Below are positions 10,507 through 20,415 of a stretch of 64,000 bases of DNA, one piece after another. Within the stretch, counting starts at the first letter, position 1. Every line of letters begins with the position of its first letter. A program made the translations under genes and the position numbers. This DNA comes from Verrucomicrobiota bacterium (lineage in GTDB: Bacteria; Verrucomicrobiota; Verrucomicrobiia; Limisphaerales; UBA11358): positions 5,648 through 69,647 of the forward strand of contig JBEKKN010000010.1 of assembly GCA_050010675.1 (NCBI GenBank), written 5' to 3'. The notes under the pieces are model-generated. The model saw nothing but the letters and a program-made list of their open reading frames with translations, was not told where the DNA came from and made no database searches.

Positions 10507-11982
10507 ATGTCGCAGCCAAAAATTATTCAGGGCGGAATGGGCGTGGCCGTTTCCGGCTGGAAACTGGCGCGCACCGTTTCGCGATTGGGCCAGCTTGGCG
10601 TCGTTTCCGGGACGGGACTTGCCATCATCCTGGCCCGCAACCTGCAACTCGGTGATCCCGATGGCCACCTGCGCCGCGCCCTGCACCAGTTCCCCATCCC
10701 GGCCGTCGCCGCGCGCGTGCTGGCACAATATTTCATTCCCGGAGGAAAATCGCCGACGGCGCCGTTTAAATCCGCCCCCATGCCGACGCTCCGCCCCGGC
10801 CCGGCCTTGGTGGAATTGACGGTGGCGGCAAATTTCGTGGAAGTATTTCTGGCCAAGGAAGGCCACGGCGGATTGGTCGGCATTAATTTTCTCGAAAAAA
10901 TCCAGCTGCCCACCCTGCCTTCGCTCTACGGCGCGATGCTGGCCAACGTGGATTATGTGCTCATGGGCGCCGGCATCCCGCGCGCCATTCCCGGAGCGCT
11001 GGACCGGTTGGCGGAAGGCGAACCGGCCCAACTGAAGATTGATGTCATCGGCGCCCTGCCCGGTGAGGAATTCCTTTCCACGTTCGATCCCCGCGCTTTC
11101 TGCGCCGGCCCGCCCCCGGCGGTCAGGCGTCCGCAGTTTCTGGGAATTGTGGCCTCGGCCACGCTCGCCATGACGCTGGCCAAAAAGGCCAACGGACGCG
11201 TGGACGGCTTCGTCGTCGAGGGTGATACCGCCGGCGGTCACAACGCCCCGCCCCGCGGCGCGATGCAGCTGAACGCCATCGGCGAACCCATTTACGGCGA
11301 GCGCGATGTGGTGGACCTCGAAAAAATCCGCGCGCTGGGTCTGCCGTTCTGGCTGGCGGGTTCGTATGGCCGGCCCGGTCGGCTGACCGATGCCCTGCGT
11401 CTCGGTGCCGCCGGCGTCCAGGTGGGGACGGCGTTTGCGTTTTGCAACGAATCCGGCCTGCGCCCCGAGCTTAAACAACAGGCGCTGCAAATGAGCCGCG
11501 CCGGCAACGCGCGCGTCTTTACCGACCCGGTCGCCTCACCCACCGGCTTCCCGTTCAAGGTGGTCCAGATGGAAGGGACGCTTTCCCATGCCGACCAGTA
11601 TGCGGCCCGGACTCGCATTTGCGACCTGGGCTATCTGCGGCATCTCTATCGCAAACCGGATGGCACGCCGGGTTACCGTTGTCCCGCTGAACCGGTGGAT
11701 GACTATATCAAAAAAGGTGGCACGGTGGCCGACGCCCAGGGCCGCAAATGCCTCTGCAATGGGCTGGTCGCCAACGTGGGTCTCAGTCAGGTGCGTTCCG
11801 AACAGGAAGAAGAACTGGCCTTGATGACCGCCGGCGACGATGTCGCGAATGTCGCGCAATTTCTGAAACCCGGTTGCAATACCTATTCTGCGGCCGACGT
11901 CGTTGAGCGTTTGCTGGATAGAACGATTCCCGTCAACGGCACCAAGGTTTTAATCGCGGAGCCGGTCCCGGTGCCCGTTTGA
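10507..11982 (+). CDS. Nitronate monooxygenase family flavoprotein
   Basis: IIQGGMGVAVS, MGAGIP, EG.TAGGHNAPPRG, GA.GVQVGTAF, SPTGFPFKV. Confidence 0.88.
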   Translation: MSQPKIIQGGMGVAVSGWKLARTVSRLGQLGVVSGTGLAIILARNLQLGDPDGHLRRALHQFPIPAVAARVLAQYFIPGGKSPTAPFKSAPMPTLRPGPALVELTVAANFVEVFLAKEGHGGLVGINFLEKIQLPTLPSLYGAMLANVDYVLMGAGIPRAIPGALDRLAEGEPAQLKIDVIGALPGEEFLSTFDPRAFCAGPPPAVRRPQFLGIVASATLAMTLAKKANGRVDGFVVEGDTAGGHNAPPRGAMQLNAIGEPIYGERDVVDLEKIRALGLPFWLAGSYGRPGRLTDALRLGAAGVQVGTAFAFCNESGLRPELKQQALQMSRAGNARVFTDPVASPTGFPFKVVQMEGTLSHADQYAARTRICDLGYLRHLYRKPDGTPGYRCPAEPVDDYIKKGGTVADAQGRKCLCNGLVANVGLSQVRSEQEEELALMTAGDDVANVAQFLKPGCNTYSAADVVERLLDRTIPVNGTKVLIAEPVPVPV

Positions 11983-12054
11983 ACCGTGTCCGAACCGGTC
12001 GCGCCTGACCCGACAATCTGCTCTTCGTGACGGCGACGGACTTTCTGGATATTC

Positions 12055-14172
12055 TTAAAACCCAACCTGCCTTGAGCAGGGGAATTGTGTGCGGAAAAAC
12101 CGCGCCGGGTTCGTGGGGTTGAACAGATAGGGTGGCGTGGCCGCATTCGTTGTCCACGGGCCGGTAAGGTTGGTTGCTTCCAGGAGGGTTCCATAATCCC
12201 AGTTCACCTCTAAATTCGAGCCGGACCACTGGATGGCCGGGGTCGCGGCCAGGGCGCGAACGATCACACAGCACAGGTAACAACCGAAATCCCCATTCAG
12301 GGAAATGGTTTGCGTCGTGTTGGTGGCCGTAAAGGTTCCCACCACATAAACATTGTCGCCCATGGCGAATGACTGGGAAACGTCGGCGGTGTCGTTCGCA
12401 TCCGAAAAGTTCGCCTGACGGCCCGTCACGGCGACATCGTTGAAGGCGAACAACTGTGCGGAATATCTCCGGCCCGTTGTCAGGTTGTTCAGAGAGATGC
12501 TTTGCCCACTATTACCCTCGGTATTGGCGCCAAGAATCGCGTTAAGGTTGGCATCTCCGGTGTCTCCGACGAACTGCCCGGTATGAGGTGCATAACCACC
12601 AGTCAAGGTGGCCGAAGCACCCGTATTATCAAAGACAAACACATTGGTGCCATTCGTCACCGACAAGGCGGAACCGCCGAAGGTTTCAGCCTCGAAGAAG
12701 CTGCCGGACACGCCGCCCAAGATTTGCGCTGCCGTCAGACCCGTGAAAGGCACCTTGGCCGACCATTGGATTTGGGAAGTGGATGCCGGCAATACGGTCA
12801 ATTGCACCCAAGAGCTGTTGGTGGGGACAAGGGATTGAGAATTGCCGGCGCTCAACCGGTAATACCCGCCGGCGCTGGTCGGCGGATTGGACAACGTCAG
12901 CATGGTGTTGGTCGCACTCGGAACCGACACCGCGCCGGTGCCGTCGTTGGTGGGGCTGAACTGCCACTGATAATTGATCGGCGGGCTGCCGATAAAGGAG
13001 GCCGTCAAATGCATGACGTTGTGGTTGCCGGCGTGAATGCTGAGGCCGGTTGTGCTGCCCAGATCAATGGCGTTGTCGGGATAAATAAAGGTTTCGTTTG
13101 TGAGGATCGGTGCCGAATCAACGACCCACAGCCTTGCCGGCGGCGAGCTGGTGACGGAACCGCATTCATTCGATCCGACCACGACGTAATCCAGTTGGTT
13201 GGCGCTCGTCACGTTTGAGATTTGAAGGACGTTCGACGTCGAACCGGTGATCTGGCCGCCGTCGTAAAGATTGGAGTAAACCCCGCTGCCGATGGCCCCG
13301 GCCATCCATTGAACGGAATTGGGAACGGGGTAAAGCAAAGAATAATCCTCTCTAAACGTCGCGGTCGTTCCGGGGATGTTAGTTGTGTTTAATGGCCCAA
13401 CCCAGAATACGGGCAGGCAGGAGTTGGAGGTGGTGGTGTCGGAAATGGAATAATTGTTAAACTGAATGTTCCCTCCCGTGGCCGTAAATTCAGATAAGAA
13501 GCCGCCGCCTGTAATATAACCGGTCAAATCGGCTGATGCCGGCGGACCAACCACCACGTTGGTGTTTAGGGAAGCAAAGGTGCAATGGCCACTCACGGTA
13601 AGCAGGTTCCAGCCGCTGGCCGCGGGATTGAAATACATAGTATAGCTCTGAAAGGCATTGCCGGAGGCATTGATGAAAAAATTCGTGGAAACATACCACT
13701 GGTTGTTATTCATTTGCACCGCCCAGTGGATTTGTTCACCGGCTCCCGGCCCATTGTTCGCCATCACCGAGTAAGACAGATTTTGCACCATTGCCAGGTT
13801 GATTCCCGGGAAAGCCATCTTATTGCTGACCGGTCCGAGCCCGTCGCCTGGGGAAAGATCGTACGGACCGCCGTTCGCGGTTGCGGTTGTATAATACCAG
13901 GCGTTGGTTTGGGGTGCGGTATCGTCGTAGGTATAGACGGCGCACACAGGGAAGGTTACCCCGTGATCGTTGACACCGCTGAAAATGCGGGCAGGACCAT
14001 ATGAACCACCGATGTCCTGAATTCAACCAACATTGGTTACCATCTGGCTATTCGGCTTCGGCATGGAGAAGGTTTCCTGATAAACAAGGTTGATCGTTTG
14101 TGCCCGGGCAATTCCGCAGAGGACAGCCAATGCCAGGCAGGTTGATGAACGGAGCCACTGGGTTGGTTTCAT
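12055..14172 (-). pseudogene. Secreted Ig-like domain protein with an in-frame TGA at codon 50
   Basis: ATG at 14172 starts a signal peptide (MKPTQWLRSSTCLALAVLCGIARA) in frame with ORF 12055..13947; a single TGA (14023-14025, VG*IQD) interrupts it; Ig I-set-like motifs and an LEATNLTGPW...FFR tail. Confidence 0.75.
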
Positions 14173-14426
14173 TGGGCTTGAGATTTGAAACCCCGAGGCC
14201 GGTTGTATCCGGATTCCTGCCGGCCAGGAGATTGTTTTTGTGATTGGTCGCTTATCGCATGGGTACCCGCTGACAATAACTTCAAGCGCGAAAACTGCAC
14301 CCCAAAATCATTAGGGCAATCCTTCAACCTTTGCCCAGGATGTCGAAACATTATGCATTTATGGCATAAAATGCAAGCCAAGAATGGGTTGACCCAAACT
14401 GAAATGAAGGACGCGGTGGGGTTGAT

Positions 14427-14783
14427 TCAGTTCGTCCGCTCAAATCGTCCCGCCGGTGGCCGCCGCTTAAGCACCTCGCAATTTTGCCGGGCCAGATCGT
14501 GCATTTGTCGAATCATTCCGCGCAGCCGTTCGCCGAAGGGCGTCAGCGAATACTCGACGTGCGGGCGTTTCGCGGCCAAGTCCTTGCGCCGCACCGCGCC
14601 GTCCTGTTCCAGTTCGCGAAGCTGGGCGGTGAGCACCTTCTGGCTGATGCCGGGCAGCGCCTTGCACAATTGGGCGTGCCGCCGCGGTCCGTCGAACAGC
14701 TCCCGTAAAATCAGCACCTTCCACTTGCCGCCAATCACGGCCAGCAGGCGTTCAACTTCACATTCGACGGTCTTGAGATTCAT
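14427..14783 (-). CDS. HxlR family transcriptional regulator
   Basis: IGGKWK.LIL, GISQKVLT.QLRELE.DG, VEYSLT..G. Confidence 0.92.
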   Translation of the reverse strand: MNLKTVECEVERLLAVIGGKWKVLILRELFDGPRRHAQLCKALPGISQKVLTAQLRELEQDGAVRRKDLAAKRPHVEYSLTPFGERLRGMIRQMHDLARQNCEVLKRRPPAGRFERTN

Positions 14784-14791
14784 GCGTCATG

Positions 14792-14807
14792 GGCACCCAA
14801 AAGTGCC
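14792..14807. promoter_or_regulatory. Putative HxlR operator palindrome GGCAC-N6-GTGCC
   Basis: Inverted repeat in the 63-bp gap between divergent hxlR and pirin. Confidence 0.5.
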
Positions 14808-14846
14808 TGATTGCGGAGATTACAAACAAGGGCATCTTAGGGCAAC

Positions 14847-15542
14847 ATGATGACGATTCGAAGAGCCAACGAGCGGGGCCACGCCGACCACGGCTGGCTG
14901 AACAGTTACCATACGTTTGCATTCGCCGATTACCATGATCCCCAATGGATGGGGTTCCGGGATCTGCGCGTGATCAACGATGACACCGTCGCCGCCGGCG
15001 CGGGTTTTGGCCGGCATCCGCATCGCGACATGGAAATCATCAGCTATGTCCTCGACGGCGAACTGGAGCACCAGGACTCGATGGGCAACGGGCGCATCAT
15101 CCAGCCGGGTGAATTCCAATACCTCGCGGCGGGCACCGGCGTGGTGCACAGTGAATACAATCCGTCGAAACAGGTCCCGGTTCATTTCCTGCAAATCTGG
15201 ATACAGCCGGACAAATCCGGGGCCAAACCGGCCTATGGGGAAAAATCCTGCGCCAACGCCGCGCCGGGCCGGCTGCATTTGATCGCCAGCAAAGCCGGAC
15301 GCGAGGACAGCCTCCGCATCAACCAGGACGCCGACCTGTGGCTCGCGAAGTTCAGCGACGGCCAGACGGTGACGCACGAGCTCAAGCCGAAACGTCATGC
15401 GTGGGTTCATGTGGCCGAAGGCAAGGTAACGTTGAACGGACAACCACTCAACGGCGGCGATGCCGCGGCCGTGAGCGATGAATCGAAGCTGGAACTGGCC
15501 GGCAAAGGCTACGCACAGGTTCTGGTGTTTGATTTGAACTGA
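14847..15542 (+). CDS. Pirin family protein (YhhW-like)
   Basis: GWLNSYHTF, LRVINDD, GF..HPHRDMEI, HSEYN, HFLQIWI. Confidence 0.93.
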   Translation: MMTIRRANERGHADHGWLNSYHTFAFADYHDPQWMGFRDLRVINDDTVAAGAGFGRHPHRDMEIISYVLDGELEHQDSMGNGRIIQPGEFQYLAAGTGVVHSEYNPSKQVPVHFLQIWIQPDKSGAKPAYGEKSCANAAPGRLHLIASKAGREDSLRINQDADLWLAKFSDGQTVTHELKPKRHAWVHVAEGKVTLNGQPLNGGDAAAVSDESKLELAGKGYAQVLVFDLN

Positions 15543-15692
15543 AGTTGCGCAAGGTGGGGTGAGGCGGCTGACGAGCGGGCCTTGGCGCGTCAAACCGTGG
15601 CGACGTTGGCTCGCGGGGATTACCGCCGGGCGGGACAGGCTGCTCGCCCCACCGGCATTGCGGCGCCGTCCGTTTGCAGGTAAATATGCCGC

Positions 15693-16295
15693 ATGGAAAA
15701 GAACCGGCTGGAGGCCTTCAGTGATGGCGTGCTGGCCATCATCATCACCATCATGGTGCTGGAATTGCGGGTGCCGCAGGGTCCGGGGGCTTCAAACCTC
15801 GCCGCGCTGAAATCCTTGTTGCCGGTGTTTCTGACCTACGCGTTGAGCTTCATTTATCTCGGCATCTACTGGAACAATCATCATCATCTGCTCAAGGCGG
15901 CGCACAAGGTAAACGCGGCGATGATGTGGGCGAACCTGCACCTGTTGTTCTGGTTGTCGCTTTTCCCGTTTGTCACCGGCTGGATGGGTGAAAACCATTT
16001 AACGACGGCGCCCACGGCGCTCTACGGCGCGGTGATGTTGTTGGCCGCCGTCGCCTATTACATCCTGCAAAGCGTGATCGTCGCCCAACAAGGTCCCGAT
16101 TCGAAACTGGCGAGGTCCATCGGCCGGGATTTCAAGGGCAAGGCGTCACCGGTGCTCTATGCCGTGGCCATTGGCCTGGCGTTCTTTGAACCCTGGATTT
16201 CCGGCTGCCTCTATGTGCTCGTCGCGCTGATGTGGCTCATCCCGGACCGGCGCATTGCCCGGGTCGTGGATGAATCGGGGTCGTCCGCGTACTGA
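15693..16295 (+). CDS. TMEM175-family potassium channel (DUF1211)
   Basis: RLEAFSDGVLAIIITIMVLEL, YW.NHH. Confidence 0.92.
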   Translation: MEKNRLEAFSDGVLAIIITIMVLELRVPQGPGASNLAALKSLLPVFLTYALSFIYLGIYWNNHHHLLKAAHKVNAAMMWANLHLLFWLSLFPFVTGWMGENHLTTAPTALYGAVMLLAAVAYYILQSVIVAQQGPDSKLARSIGRDFKGKASPVLYAVAIGLAFFEPWISGCLYVLVALMWLIPDRRIARVVDESGSSAY

Positions 16296-16346
16296 TGGCT
16301 TCCGCGAAGATTTTTTGAAAACCGCTGCCGGTTGGGAACCGGCATT

Positions 16347-16562
16347 TCACCGCAGCCGCCAGGTGATGCGCGCCTTGTTCAAATCGTAGGGCGACATCTC
16401 CATCTTCACCCGATCGCCGACGGTCAGGCGCACCCAGCGTTTGCGCATCTTGCCGCAGATCGTCGCCAGCACCAGATGTTTGTTGTCGAGCTCCACCCGG
16501 AACATCGTACCGGGCAACACCAGGGTGACGCGGCCTTCCACTTCAATGTGTTCTTCTTTCAT
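16347..16562 (-). CDS. infA: Translation initiation factor IF-1
   Basis: IEVEG.V...LP..MFRV.LDN, GKMR, GDRV..EMSPYDL.KARI. Confidence 0.95.
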   Translation of the reverse strand: MKEEHIEVEGRVTLVLPGTMFRVELDNKHLVLATICGKMRKRWVRLTVGDRVKMEMSPYDLNKARITWRLR

Positions 16563-16638
16563 GGGCTGATCAAATAAAGCGCCGGTTCGTGATTGAGCAG
16601 GAGATCCTGCCGGTCGGCAAACTCGAGGTTGCCGGACG

Positions 16639-16675
16639 AAAAGGCGGAGTCCGGTTCACCCGAACCCCGCCCTGA
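16639..16675 (-). terminator. Intrinsic terminator after RRM gene 1
   Basis: GGCGGGG..CTCCGCC stem with a short U-tract on the minus strand; homologous hairpins follow the other two RRM genes. Confidence 0.6.
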
Positions 16676-16693
16676 AATCCTGCTCCCGCCGGA

Positions 16694-17023
16694 TTAATAG
16701 CGATTGCGACTGCCGCCGCCGCTGCCGCTCACCCGGAATTCACGGCGACCGCCGCCGCCGCCGCCGGTGCGTTCTTCGCGCGGCTTGGCAACATTGACCG
16801 TGAGGGCGCGACCGCCCAGTTGCGCGCCATTCAGCGCGGCAATGGCCTTCTGCGCCTCTTCGGGCGTGCTCATGGTGATGAAACCAAAACCCCGGGGACG
16901 GCCGCTCACGCGATCCATCATCAGGTTGGTTTCCGTGACCGTGCCGTGCGCCGCAAAGGCGTCCTGCAGGTCGTTTTCAGTGGTGTCGAAGGATAAATTT
17001 CCGACAAACAATTTATTGCTCAT
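16694..17023 (-). CDS. RRM RNA-binding protein with Gly-rich tail (copy 1)
   Basis: RNP2 LFVGNL, RNP1 RGFGFI, GR.LTVN.A.PRE. Confidence 0.95.
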   Translation of the reverse strand: MSNKLFVGNLSFDTTENDLQDAFAAHGTVTETNLMMDRVSGRPRGFGFITMSTPEEAQKAIAALNGAQLGGRALTVNVAKPREERTGGGGGGRREFRVSGSGGGSRNRY

Positions 17024-17155
17024 GTGATGTTTACTGTCCTAGACCGAACTTTGCTGACCAGACTGTTCCCGTTAATCGGATTTCAAATCATCACTGAACC
17101 AGGTTCACCTGAGGATTTACCATGCCGTGGAAGCTCTGTACTATCTAACAGACGA
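17024..17155 (-). ncRNA. Conserved structured 5' leader of RRM gene (copy 1), candidate cis-regulatory RNA
   Basis: 34-nt block 17075-17108 identical to 30626-30659 and 35627-35660; stems supported by G-U/G-C variation between copies. Confidence 0.6.
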
Positions 17156-17240
17156 ACCCAATATTCGCTGATTCCACCGCGATAGCAACAAGAATCGGCA
17201 ACTATCTTTCCGGCGGGAAATGGGGCCGGTGCCGGGTTGG

Positions 17241-18293
17241 TTATGGCGCTGCGGCGGGCGGGGAACCCAGTTTTGCCGCCAGCTGGCTGACCTGCTTTTC
17301 CAGTTCGCGCAGGCGATGAATCATCTCCGGCAACTGCTGCGCCGCGATAATTTGCCGCTTCGCCTGTTTGTCGGGTATCGCCGGAATGCCCAGGACTTTT
17401 GCGCCGGCCGGCACGTCGCGCATGACCCCGGATTTCGCGGCAATGATGGCCTGCTGGCCGAGTTTCAAGTGTCCGGCAATGCCGGACTGGGACGCAATGA
17501 TGACGTAATCCCCCAGGTGCGTGCTGCCCGCGAACCCGACCTGGCCCATGATCAGGCAATGCCGGCCCATGACCACGTTGTGCGCCACGTGTACGAGATT
17601 ATCAATCTTCGTTCCCGCGCCGATCACGGTGGCACCCAGGGCGGCACGGTCGATCGCCACGTTGGCGCCAATCTCGACATCGTCGTGAATGATGACGTTG
17701 CCGATCTGCAGCACCTTGCGATGCCGGCCTTCGTCCAAAACATAACCGTAACCGTCGGAGCCGATCACCGTTCCGGCGTGGATCACCACGCGATGACCGA
17801 TGACCGTCTTCGGGTAAATCACCACGTTGGGAAACAGGCAGACGTCTTCGCCTAGTCGGGTATCGCGCCCGATATGATTCCCGCCGAGCAGGACGGAGCG
17901 CGGGCCAATCTGGACGCGGGCGCCAATCACGCAGTTGGGGCCGATGTGCGCCGTCGCATCCACCTGGGCCGACGGATCGAGGTTCGCGCTGGGATGAATG
18001 CCTTGCGGGAACTGGTCCGGCGGGAAGAAAACGGGCAGTAATCTGGCCATCGCGACCCGCGCGCTGGCCACCTGGATCAGGACCTTCTTCGTCGAACTGA
18101 AGCCGCCCGGGACCAGGATCGCCGCCGCGGCGCTTTGTTCCGCCGCCGCAAAATGTTCCGGATTGTCGGCAAAGGTGAGGTCGCCGGCCCGGGCATTGTC
18201 CGCCGCGGCAAATCCGGTCAGGCGCGTGGATCCGTCGCCGAGGACATCACCGCGGACGCGTTCGGCGATTTGAGAAACGGTAAAGGAGATCAT
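17241..18293 (-). CDS. lpxD: UDP-3-O-(3-hydroxyacyl)glucosamine N-acyltransferase
   Basis: Hexapeptide repeats, [31 protein letters not shown]. Confidence 0.93.
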   Translation of the reverse strand: MISFTVSQIAERVRGDVLGDGSTRLTGFAAADNARAGDLTFADNPEHFAAAEQSAAAAILVPGGFSSTKKVLIQVASARVAMARLLPVFFPPDQFPQGIHPSANLDPSAQVDATAHIGPNCVIGARVQIGPRSVLLGGNHIGRDTRLGEDVCLFPNVVIYPKTVIGHRVVIHAGTVIGSDGYGYVLDEGRHRKVLQIGNVIIHDDVEIGANVAIDRAALGATVIGAGTKIDNLVHVAHNVVMGRHCLIMGQVGFAGSTHLGDYVIIASQSGIAGHLKLGQQAIIAAKSGVMRDVPAGAKVLGIPAIPDKQAKRQIIAAQQLPEMIHRLRELEKQVSQLAAKLGSPPAAAP

Positions 18294-18470
18294 GTGAGGT
18301 AGGTTTCAGGCCGCTGGCTTTGAGCGGTAAAATCGTTGGCGTATTGTCGGGTGATCACGATCGGTGTTTGTCCGGTTCTCATGGGTGTTTCCGGCTCGCA
18401 GAGTTTTGACGCACGCGGATGAGTTTGTCGATGACAACTTGCGATCTCCGGCGCGTTGAGCCTCCCGGAT

Positions 18471-20334
18471 TCAGGGTAAACTCAGCCGGAAAAACCGGAT
18501 TTGACCCACCTGCGGCAGGGAGACTTCAAGATTGCCATTCTGATCGGTGACGACGTTGGTGACCGGCTGCCAGTTCGCCGGCGCGAGGTTGGTCGTGCTG
18601 TAAAGATTGAAACCGTTGGTGGGCCCGGGCCAGGCGATGGCCAGGGTTGAACTGTTCGTTCCCGGGCTCATGGACAGCATTGGTCACGCCACTGAGACTG
18701 GTGATGTTGTTTGACAGGTCGCGCTGATCATAAACGTTCCAACCGGCGGGGATCGCGTAGTTCGTCGTGACGTCAGGGTTCCAAAGCACATGCGCGTTCG
18801 TGAAACCGAGCCGTTGCAGCGTCGCGACCCAGGTGCCGTTTGAGTCGATCGTCAGGCCCGTCATTTGCGCGCCGACGAGCCAGCTGGCGGTATTGCTGTA
18901 GGCGATGCCACCGGCGTCGGATATTTCACTGGGCGGGTTGATGCACAACGGAACATATCCTGCCGAAGCGCCCTTGTCATAATTGTACCAGTCCCAGTTC
19001 TGCACATTCTGGGTCCACCAGAACAGATAGGCGCGGGCAACGATGCCGGCATTCTCCTGCGGGTTGGCGTTCGTGGAGGCGGCACCTTCGGTGCACCAGA
19101 TGGGCAGGGAACTCCATTGGGGGTAATGCGAAAGCATGTCCCGCAGACCGACCACTTCGCCCAGGCTGCTTTCGGGGCGCGATTCGGTGTAATCATGGAA
19201 CGTCACGATGTCCGGGGGCGGTCCCCCCGCCTGGATGTACGCTTCCAGCCAGCCCAGGCCGCCCAGGGTGATGTTCGGCCCGAGGATTTTGATCGTCGGG
19301 TCAACATTGGTCAGGACCGTGCGGGCGATTTGCGCCATCGTCACCATGTTGGAAATTGCGCCGGTGTAATAGGACGGGGAATCGCTCTCGTTCCACACCT
19401 CGTAATACTGGATGAAACCCTTGTAACGCAGCGCCACGCTCTGCACGTAATTGCTCCAATAATTCATGTCACCCGGTTCCGAGGAAGCGCCGGGACCATT
19501 TTTGGCCGTGGGCGTGTTGGTGGTCAGCGCCGCCCAGGCCGGCGTCTGGCCGAGGGTGTAAATGATCCTCGTTGCCGGGTTGTTGGTCCAGACGACGTTG
19601 GTGCAGGCATCAAAATGGGTCCAGGCAAAATAGTTCGTATTGGTTTCAACCTGGTTCCAGTGGATGCCGACGTCCCAAAAGCGCACCAGCCCCTGCTGCA
19701 GCGGCGGCCAGTTGTCCGGCGCGGTAAACGCGCTGATGTGCATGCCAAACAACGTCGCCGGAATCGCGGACGTTGTGTTCATCAGCGGTGCATAAAGATA
19801 GTTCGAAGTCACCTCGGCCAGCGCGGCGTCGTCAATCCAGAAGGTGCCGTTGGTCAGAAAATTGACGGTGAACTGCGCGTAGCTGCCGTTCTGCCAGCCG
19901 CCGTTGATCAGGACCGGCTGCCAGTTGGTGTCCACGGTCACGATGTGGCTCGCCGCGGATTGAAAACCGTTATGCACCACGTTCGAGCCGCGTAACTCGA
20001 ATTGCACCCGCGAAGGACCGGCGGCGCGCAGCCAGACGCTGGCGGCATAAACGCTGCCCGCCTGGAATGTGAACGGCTGGTAAAACATCGCTGTGTTGGA
20101 GGCCGTCAGGCCGCTCACCGTCGCCCGCTGGCAACTGGCGCCGGAATAGGGATTGTTCGTCTCCGGCGCAAATAAAATGGACGTACCCCCGACCGCAAGT
20201 TGGGTCCAGTTGGAGGCGATGCCCGACGGAGTAAACGTTTCGAAGTCGGCATTCGTCAGGAACTGTGCCCACGCACTGTTGCCGGTCGCAATCAGTGTCA
20301 GAAAGACCACCGCCAGGATAAATCGCCGTCTCAT
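18471..20334 (-). pseudogene. Secreted CBM4/9-like + clan GH-A glycoside hydrolase, frameshifted near 18680
   Basis: Signal peptide, LTNADFE carbohydrate-binding start, YEVWNE, DIVTFHDY, PIWCTEG; the verrucomicrobial C-terminal tail (YSTTNLAPANW..FFRL) lies in another frame at 18471..18680. Confidence 0.75.
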
Positions 20335-20415
20335 GGAATCCTCACGCGAATTGGACGAACGAGTGCCGCGACAGGTTACAATCCGGCAGTGAATCTGCCG
20401 CCCTGGCCGACGACC

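Noticed and set aside
14023-14025. Selenocysteine or TGA=Trp recoding
   Set aside because: Many intact genes here end in TGA (thiC, metK, infA), the context is not a redox motif, and no SECIS-like hairpin is evident.
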